Of a DNA stretch of 64,000 bases, positions 55,076 to 64,000 are shown one piece after another. Each line of letters begins with the position of its first letter. Position 1 is the first letter of the stretch. The stretch covers positions 31,614,721-31,678,720 of the forward strand of contig NC_068983.1 of the NCBI RefSeq assembly GCF_001194135.2. The letters are read 5' to 3'. The DNA is from Octopus bimaculoides (Eukaryota). The position numbers and the translations under genes were made by a program. Under the pieces are notes generated by a model. That model did no database searches. It worked only from the letters and a program-made list of their open reading frames with translations, and was not told where the DNA came from.

Positions 55076-58000
55076 TAAAGGGTTGGATGAAAGCAGGGGT
55101 ATAAGATCAGTCCCCCTTACCTTTATGTGCAGCATCATATCACTTAGCAATACCCACTTGGAGAAAGTCCTTACCATATTAGTGCTAATTCAGTGATGAC
55201 TTCTCCAACCCACATTAGCATGGATGGAAGATGCAAAACAATGATGATTATGATCACACACACATTATAATGTTTATCAATATGAGATAACAGATAAATC
55301 ATAGAATGAACCCACTACTGATCCGGAGCTAATGTGTAAACAGAAGAAAAGAGTAGTTCTTTAACTATCAAAACACAGTATCAACGGTACAGATTTTTCT
55401 TATGAGACACACTGGACTATACGCACATCACCATTTTCAAAACTAGTAGAATCTTGTATGTAAGTACAAGGGAGATGACTTCTGCAGTTTTTCTAACATA
55501 GTAGCTATGTGATATAGGAGATTATATCTAATAAAATCTTAGTGAAAGAGAGATAACTTCTATTAAAGGAACTAGTTAACATGAAATTATAGAGTGAAAA
55601 TGTACAAGATCTTATATAGAATTCAAATTTATAGATAAAAATTTACAATTCAAAAACAAAGTTCTTGGAAATATAAAGAATAATAAAGCACGATAGACAG
55701 AGGGACAAAGATTAAAAGTAAATCAAATTATGAAATAAACTGAAATAAAATAGTCTTGTAGTAAATTACTAAGGGGGGTACAGGATAAGTAATTAGGAAG
55801 ATTTGTGAGATATCAGAACCTTAAGAAAACTTAAGAGAAATGTCTGCATGGACCAAAACATTCAGACTGAGTACTGAAGTAGTCTTTTAGAAACAATATT
55901 GTCATCTTCTCAACAGTACACATACAGCTTCCTCACTCCTGCCGATATATGGCCTACTTTACTCTCTAATTCTCTACTTAATTGGTATAGTCTGTGTTGT
56001 TCTTAGTCACCAGGTATATTTCAATAAAGTTGTATATGTCAATTTTGATTTATCTCTAAAGGAGCCAGTAGTTAGCCTATCTTTTGATTATTTAACTGTC
56101 CTTCTGTCATCCTGATATATTTTTGTCTGTTGATCCTTTCCAGCCTTCTTCAGGTGCTTGTTGTATTCAGTAATGTTCTCAAGATTTCAAACCAAACCTT
56201 TATTTAATCTACAGGAGTCAATTGTGAACATTCCATTGTCCATACTAGAGATATTTTCCTGTTAGTTATTCTTCTAGTGACGTCACTTGCTCATATTATT
56301 TGATTAAACTAGGGACTGAACTAGCTAAAAGAATAATCAAAACCGCTGCTATCTGTTCATTCTTTATTAGAGGTATGTTACAACAAATTCAAAAGATCTG
56401 CTGTGCTTACGTCAGGACAGTTTAAAAAGTAGGTCAAGCCTTCATGAACAACTCTCCCAAAGGAAGCCTCCATCAAAAGAGATAAAGAACAAGAACTGTG
56501 TGTATTCCACGCAGCTGTACAAATGAATATGAAAGTGAAACCAGTCACATCTAAAAGTAAAACTAAAGGAACATTGCATCCATGGAGAAGCAGAAAATTC
56601 AAGCATGGCTATTCATTTGTGGAGGGAAAAGTGAAGTCACCAGCTCTGACAATATAAAACAGAGAACAGGAAGAATCAACACATATGCTGAGCTTTCACA
56701 ACCTCCTCAGTTGATTTGGCATAGACATGAACCTTGGATAGGAGTCTTTTATTAAGAAAGAACATTAGAACTATATATATGAGCTCCTAATTTTTATTAC
56801 CTAACTGTCCTGTGGAACAATAAAATAGTAAATACAAGTGTTGATTAAGTAATAAGTGTAGTACTTCAACTAGATAGTGAGATTAATCTCTGGGTCAATT
56901 AAACAATCTATATATTGACTTAAGTAAGTAGAGTCAGCAAGAGACATCACAAGTGGAATAACTAACAGAAGAATATCTCTTGTATGGACAAATTTGATAC
57001 AAACAATCTACCCAAGATTTAATAAAAGTTTCAGTTTGTCATAGCAATAATGTTACTGAATATGACTATTTTAATAACCAAGAGGAGGATACAAATTTCT
57101 TTATAACACACACAAATACAAGTGCATAATGAAGTGTAGGTCATTAAAAGTGGTTGTGACTTGTGGAAGACATGGGACAAACTAGTGAAGGCCGATTTCA
57201 AGATGCTGTGCACCACAGCAAAAATACTGTCCTGAAAACACCTTGGTCATGCTTGAAAATGCAGAGTCCTGTCCCTTCATCTTTACAGCCCCACCAAGCA
57301 CCCTCCACATTTCATCCCCTAACACCCATCACTCTTCCTTCTACAGCACTATTTGGCTGCTTTACAGTTATCTCCATCCACCTTCCATTTCTCATTCCCA
57401 TTATCATCCCTTCCCACACTATTTCCACCAATCACCTTTCTGTGCCTTCTGCCAACACACTCTTCCCTCTGCCATACTCTAATCTAACACCCCTCAAACC
57501 TGCTATCATGCCCCACCTACCATAGCCACCCTCATGTACTTCTACATCTCCCTCCTCATAAATCCAATGCCTTGTACATCATTCCCCTACTTTCTGATCT
57601 ATCCTACTTCATGAGCCACTTGTATCATTCTCAGCTTACCCCTCTCCATACAGGTATTTTCCATCAACTGCATCCCCACTCTTGTTCATTCACCTCAAAG
57701 CATTCATTACTCTCCTCTCACACTCTTACGACTGACCCACAGCCAGTAAAATCTCTCATAAACATCTTGTATCTTGAGATTCTCTGGCATTTTGTCACCA
57801 CCATCTCTACCTTCTCTCCAATTACTTTCAACCACCCTTATTTAGTACAGAGTTGCAATGTATTTCCTCTATAGCAAAACACCTGTGCTTGTCTCTCTAT
57901 CATACATCAACCTTTCAACACCTGGTATAAATCCACTTCCTCTCTCTTTTAAATACTCCCCTCACCCACTTAGTCAAAGGGGTGTTTTCTATTTTCTTTT

Positions 58001-58377
58001 TCCAGTTCTTTTCTCTTAAGTTACTAGGTGACCTCACTAATATTGATGGCACAAAAAAAAAGAAGTCACTACACACTGTAAAGTGGTTGGTATTAGAAAG
58101 GGTCTCCAACCATAGAAACCATGCCATCAGAGCTGACGTCAGAGCTCAATGTGGCCCTTGAGGTTCACCAAATCCTATCAAACCAACCAACCCATTACAA
58201 CATGGAAAACACTAAAAGATTATTCTTATATACATATATATATATAAATACACACACACAAACACATTATACAGTGTGTATGTAGTGTGTGTGAGCTCAA
58301 TGTGGCCTTTGGGGCTCACCAAATCCTATCAAACCAACCCATGACAACATGGAAAACAAACACTAAAAGATTATTTT

Positions 58378-58443
<66 letters not shown>

Positions 58444-58464
58444 CACACACACAAACACATTATA

Positions 58465-58502
<38 letters not shown>

Positions 58503-60274
58503 AATACATACACATACCAATGCATATGCATACATACAAATATGTATTAATTAAAAAAACATATCTTATGGGTTAATGTTATATGAAACATTTTTACAAA
58601 ATGTGTTCAAAATTGAATTTCTTCAATCACCTTAAATATAAATGAAATTCTTGTTTCATGCAATGTAATGACAAAGTAAAAGGTAGGACCAGTTTTGCAG
58701 GAGTTTCATCGCAGGTCTTCATGCTTTTGCAAGTTGCAACAACTGATTGTTAAATTGTTAATATGACTTATGATCTAGACTAATTGGGTGAATACTTGAT
58801 AGGTATTTTTCTAAGATGGGTATATTGTTACAAGCAGATGCTGGTACAGAATCCTAAATAACCTAAATAATTATAAAGAAGTAAGGAGAAAAAATTGGAG
58901 GGGATTATGTTGATGCGCTTCCAAATACAAAGCATTTTGGATTTGGGAAAATGAAAGATACAAATTGCTGCATATCTGGAATCTTTTTAGTCCCATGCAA
59001 CATGATCCAAACATTTCAATGATGCTATCTAACTTCTCAGCATACTGATGAAACAAATAATAAGAAATCTGACCGTAATAGGAGAGAAAAAAAATCTATT
59101 TGAATTGCTCACAGCCTGTGTTGTAAAATAAGAAAATAAAATAGGTACAGAATATTATATATTAAAATGCATTATTTAATATGAATCATATTTATGAACT
59201 TTTGATGAATATTGCAATGACTTGTAAGTTAGATAACAAATATAACTGTTCTGTATAATGACTAAAAATTGAAAAAAAGCAAATATGGATCTATATGTAA
59301 CATTATTTGAAACAAAATGCACAATTATTATAAGGAACAAAATAAACCAATCTTAAATCAGGTCAGAAAAAAAAATCATAGATTTGTACAGAGTATATTC
59401 ACACTGGCATATAACTGGACATAGTTCAACATCTTTTAAAACTTTGCCTACTTTTAGTATACATAACAAAACCACTGTAACATTTCTATATTGAAATATC
59501 ATATTAAATCCTACTTTCCTAGAGATTGTTTAGTTCAAATTTTATTCAATATATATTCTCTTACTAACTTAAACAGCAAAGATAATTTAGAGAAATCAGT
59601 TGTTATATTATACACCTGGCTTTTGCCACATATGTGTCTGAAATCATTAACTTACTCCATATCTTCCTTATTTCCAAAGGTACATTAGTTTAAATGGCTC
59701 AAATCACTTAACCTTAAACCAGTACCACAAGAAGTAACAAACTGCCGTGGTCTGTGGATAGAAGGTACTTTACTTCAGATAACAATTTCAGTGGCTTTCT
59801 TAAAAATATGAATGTAATAGTAACCAAAGTTTCTCTATTCCACTCTAAGTATTTACCCATCTAAGTAGTAGTAGTACATGTTAATGATAGATGTGTTAGT
59901 TTTTAGTTATCATGAGACAAAACAGGTCAGCAGAAATAGAATTTGGACTTGTTAAAAGAAATCAGTAAATAAGAAAGGGTTGTGTAGGAGTTAGAGTCCA
60001 TGTACACATCAGCATAAATCACTCTTTAACTATAACAAGAGATAGAAAGAGATAGAAAGCACAGAAATCCACATGGATATCAAGATAAAATTGAACATGT
60101 TCAACCAGCAACAATAGTAGTTATTTCTAACAACTAATTTGATTAGTTTCAACAAAAAATGCATTTAATGTAAAATGGCTGTAATTAAAATGAAAAGAAA
60201 GCAATTACACAATAAATGTATATCATAAATAACCTAAACTTTGATTTAAATTATACAGTATGTGAAGGAAAGAG

Positions 60275-60331
<57 letters not shown>

Positions 60332-60580
60332 NNNNNNNNNNNNNNNNNNNNNNNNNNNNNNNNNNNNNNNNNNNNNNNNNNNNNNNNNNNNNNNNNNNNN
60401 NNNNNNNNNNNNNNNNNNNNNNNNNNNNNNNNNNNNNNNNNNNNNNNNNNNNNNNNNNNNNNNNNNNNNNNNNNNNNNNNNNNNNNNNNNNNNNNNNNNN
60501 NNNNNNNNNNNNNNNNNNNNNNNNNNNNNNNNNNNNNNNNNNNNNNNNNNNNNNNNNNNNNNNNNNNNNNNNNNNNNNNN

Positions 60581-60616
<36 letters not shown>

Positions 60617-60935
60617 TTTTATGCATGTGCACAAGGTCTCATGCAAATGCACACAACACAGCACTGATTTTGCTGGCAAGAAAGAAGGCAAAACATTACT
60701 GTTCAGTAGATTCATGTTTAGTCATTTAAAATTTTAAGACTTACAATTAATGCTTTTACATTCATACTTACAAGATATATGTATATATATATATATATAT
60801 ATATTTGTATATATTGTTTCTATCATAGATATGCTGACTGATATTCTGAGAGCAAGGTGTACACAGAACCAGAAATGGTGACCACAAACACACACATATT
60901 TATTTTATCTATCTATCTATCTATATATCTATATC

Positions 60936-60967
<32 letters not shown>

Positions 60968-61055
60968 AATAAAATGGATGGTTTAAACCTGGTAGCTTAC
61001 TGGTAAAGTATGGTCACTTTCACAGTGACCATTATGTATATGGCAAATGAAAAAT

Positions 61056-61429
61056 AGAAGATGGAATATATGAAAATTTATTATTAATCACGACAATTGT
61101 TTCAACACATCTAGCATCAATCCCACACGGGTGGGACACTCAACAACTGGTTCAGGAGCATCCGGCAGTGCAGATGTATCTCATTGGGTGATAAATAGAC
61201 ACAACTCACTAAAATAATAGTTCAGAAATGTAACTTCTTGTTTTGTAGAAAGAAAAGCAGCCAGACGGAGGAAATATCTTCATTTACATAGAAGATCAAA
61301 AGTAAAATCACAGATGTAAATGGATACTCCTGAACCAGTTGTTGAGTGTCCCACCTATGAGGGATTGATGGTAGATGTGTCGAAACAATTGCTGTGATTA
61401 ATAATAGATTCTCATATAGTTCATCTTCT
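61056..61429. mobile_element. MITE-like foldback element with 108-bp inverted arms
   Basis: Arms at 61056-61163 and 61322-61429 with 12 mismatches in 108 by hand, and a 158-nt spacer. Confidence 0.8.
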
Positions 61430-61447
61430 GTCTTTAATTTGCCATAA

Positions 61448-61484
<37 letters not shown>

Positions 61485-61703
61485 TACAATGTGTATTTAA
61501 ATTAACAAAAATTAATCTACATAAATATATATTAAAAAACTAAAATAAAAAAATAAAGTTGTCACATACTATATGTCATAATTCATTAGTTATTGTCACA
61601 AAATTCTATATACAAAAAAAAATTTTTTTAAACTGAAAAAATAATGGTTACATGTCTAAAAATATTTAAACAAAAAATATATATATCTAAAAAAATACCT
61701 TAC

Positions 61704-61793
61704 CTGGTTTTTTGAATGGAGCATTTGAAAAAGGATCCGATGAATCAGACCCTGACATTACCAAATCTTCTCTGCTTTTCACATTTGATATAC
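61704..61793 (-). CDS. AAK1: AAK1/BMP2K orthologue, 90-nt phase 1-1 coding exon
   Basis: Acceptor ttcattctgtag| and donor CCAG|GTAAGG. Encodes (S)ISNVKSREDLVMSGSDSSDPFSNAPFKKP, in frame with the upstream exon (RRGSNS-S-ISNVKSRE). The intron to the upstream exon is 2111 nt. Confidence 0.85.
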
Positions 61794-63334
61794 CTACAGA
61801 ATGAAATGATTCACTACTTGAAAGTTTGTAATTTTGCTTTACATAAAAAATGAATAATCTTTGAAACAATGTAAACTTACTTAAGTTTTGCAATAAATCT
61901 GTTACCTGAAAATATGTTATTAACTTGAATTTTCAAAGAAAATATAAGATTATAATTTTCTTATGCTTAAATATCTGAAAGGTGTTATTTCCAAATTTAT
62001 AATTTCTTCTTTATAATATTTTCATCTACACTGTTTTGAACTGATTGACTTGTGATTTTCATTGAGTCTCTTATTCTTGGATATGACATCAATCTGAATT
62101 CAAAGAAGACTCTTCTAAACCAAAAATCATAGCATTCTTAATCATATGCATGAATAGCCTAGTAAATATGAGCATTACTACTCTTACTTTAGAAGTAAAG
62201 GTTTCAGTTTTATTCCATTTCTTGCAAAGATACTCAATTCTTTTGTTCAGCTTGCAATTAAGTTATCCTTAGGCACAGTATCTTTAATGAAAGCAGTAGT
62301 AAGTTCAGAAAATACATAATGCTGATGTCAGGTATGGCCAAATCCATAAAACGTTTTCTTTACAATGATCCCACTAAGTTTGATTCCACTGAGTGACACC
62401 ATGAACAAGTATTTTTCTATTGCCCTGGGCTGATCCAAGCTGTGTAAGTAAAACTGGGTAGAAGGCAATGGCAGAATCCCATCAGATATACTTATAATTC
62501 AAAGGACTTGCCATGTCAAACACTACGTCACATTAATTCTGTTTGAGGATTACTTTAAGATGGCAAATATGAGTGGAATACCAACAAGCTCCTTTCCTTT
62601 TAGGACTATCAGGGTGTGAATAAGCACTAAATGATTGGCATGGAATTTTCCTGGAAGAATACAAAGGTGGTTTCTTGTTGCCTTCCTTTGAGTATTTTTT
62701 TTTACAAGATACCATCTTGTCAGCCAGACACAAACAAGTTTACTACACCTGCCTGAGCACTCAGAGCATAATGAGCCAAAAAAATATCCAAAAGCATTTT
62801 TTCAACTTTCTAACAACTCAATTGCTCCTCCATCCTTGACAGGTACTTTATTTTATCAAACCCAGAAGGGTGGAAGACCAAGATGACATTGGTAAGATTT
62901 GAATTAAGACTTAACCATAACAAATACTGCAAGGTATTTTATCCAATCCTCATACAATTCTGCCCATCTTGCACCTCCTCAAATATTCAGTCACTTACAC
63001 TATAGTTCAATGAAAGGTAGACCAGTTGATTGAACAAATGGACACTAATCATTGATATTGATGGTGTATCCATTTACTGCAGAAGTAATATATAATTAAC
63101 AGATGTTTTGTCAATCTGCATTGCTGGATTCATATCCTCTCATAAGCAGAACCTGTGAAAACCAAGCATCCTATTCAAGAGAAGTTGCTCCCAACAGCTT
63201 TGTTACTGGGAAAATAGATAAATATTTGAACACTGCAGTGCCTTCTGGTAATGGTAATAGATAAATAATAAAATTCTATCTTAAGAAAATATTCATTTTT
63301 CTAAGCAATCATGGGTTGGATTATTCTGTTACGT

Positions 63335-63690
63335 ATCTTTTACTTGTTTCAGTCATTAGACTGTGGCCATGCTGGGGCACTGCCTTGAAGAATTTTTAGT
63401 CAAATGTATCAACCCCAGGACTTATTCTATTGGTTTCTTTTGCTGAACTGCTACATTACAGGGATGTAAACACACAAGCACTGGTTGTCATGTGGTGGTG
63501 AGGAGACAAACACAGACACAAAGATGCACACACACACACACAAAGATATACACATATACAATGGGCTTCTTTCAGTTTCTGTCTACCAGATCCACTCACA
63601 AGGCTTTGCTTGGCCCAATGCTACAGTAGAAGACACTTGCCTAAGGTGTCATGCAGTAGGACTGAACCCTGAGCTATGCCAGCACCTATA
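63335..63690 (-). mobile_element. SINE fragments
   Basis: tcagtttc.gtctaccagatccactcacaaggctttg...ggactgaaccc is homologous to the 6275 element. Confidence 0.55.
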
Positions 63691-63904
63691 TGAATTATGA
63701 TAGTATTTTTTTAACAACTTCATTATACTTAAACAACCAACTAAAATAAGTGAATATTTTTCAACAGGATAAGCTAGTGGTTATCAATTCATCATGTACT
63801 ATCCTTATTTTTAGGGAGATCAATGAAATCACAAACATTTGACAATCCTGTTTTCAAAATAAAAGTTGAACATTCACAAGGAGAAATCAGCACTGGAGAC
63901 TTAC

Positions 63905-64000
63905 TACTATTTGAACCTCGCCGAATTTTATCAAATTCTTTCCCAAAAATAATATCTTCAGTATAGGAACTAAAGTGGTCTTCTCCAAATGGATTCCAAT
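63905..64000 (-). CDS. AAK1: AAK1/BMP2K (Numb-associated kinase) orthologue, internal coding exon, 5' end runs off the window
   Basis: My translation of the minus strand is WNPFGEDHFSSYTEDIIFGKEFDKIRRGSNS, followed by a phase-1 donor A|GTAAGT. WNPFGED..F...TE.....EFD..R matches the post-kinase motif I recall from AAK1/BMP2K/Nak proteins. Not in the ORF track. Confidence 0.85.

Noticed and set aside
57150-58000. C/T-rich strand-skewed region with short ORFs
   Set aside because: Composition resembles a retroelement 3' region, but no motif was recognisable, so I could not classify it.
291-60737. Numerous [13 protein letters not shown]-rich ORFs in the track
   Set aside because: Translations of dinucleotide and tetranucleotide microsatellites and N gaps, not genes.
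61794-61905. Extending the 61704 exon up to 61905 as one 202-nt exon, as the ORF track suggests
   Set aside because: It would need phase-0 entry, but the upstream exon ends in phase 1. The tctgtag acceptor at 61794 restores the RRGSNSSISNVKSRE continuity.

Overview
This is eukaryotic, AT-rich, repeat-dense genomic DNA with seven N gaps. Its repeat families and microsatellite load look like an Octopus draft assembly (inference). The only host gene I can support is the 3' end of a minus-strand AAK1/BMP2K (Numb-associated kinase, Nak) orthologue. Its exons are at >64000-63905, 61793-61704, a probable 102-nt cassette at 45900-45799 and a 1.7-kb last coding exon at 23517-21821; all junctions are phase 1 and join into one open frame. 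The rest is intron or downstream sequence filled with tRNA-derived SINEs, microsatellites and decayed transposons (Gypsy, Chapaev-like, Tx1/L1, mariner, hAT, Penelope-like, RTE, CR1-like, R4/Dong-like). I found no clear new multi-gene system. The best leads are a candidate recursive-splice (RS) exon in the 38-kb intron, other unannotated alternative exons, two long intronic hairpins, a hammerhead-ribozyme relic, strongly one-sided SINE orientation, and a CpG-decay boundary suggesting the transcription unit runs about 12 kb past the stop codon. Most ORF-track entries are microsatellite or N-gap artefacts.
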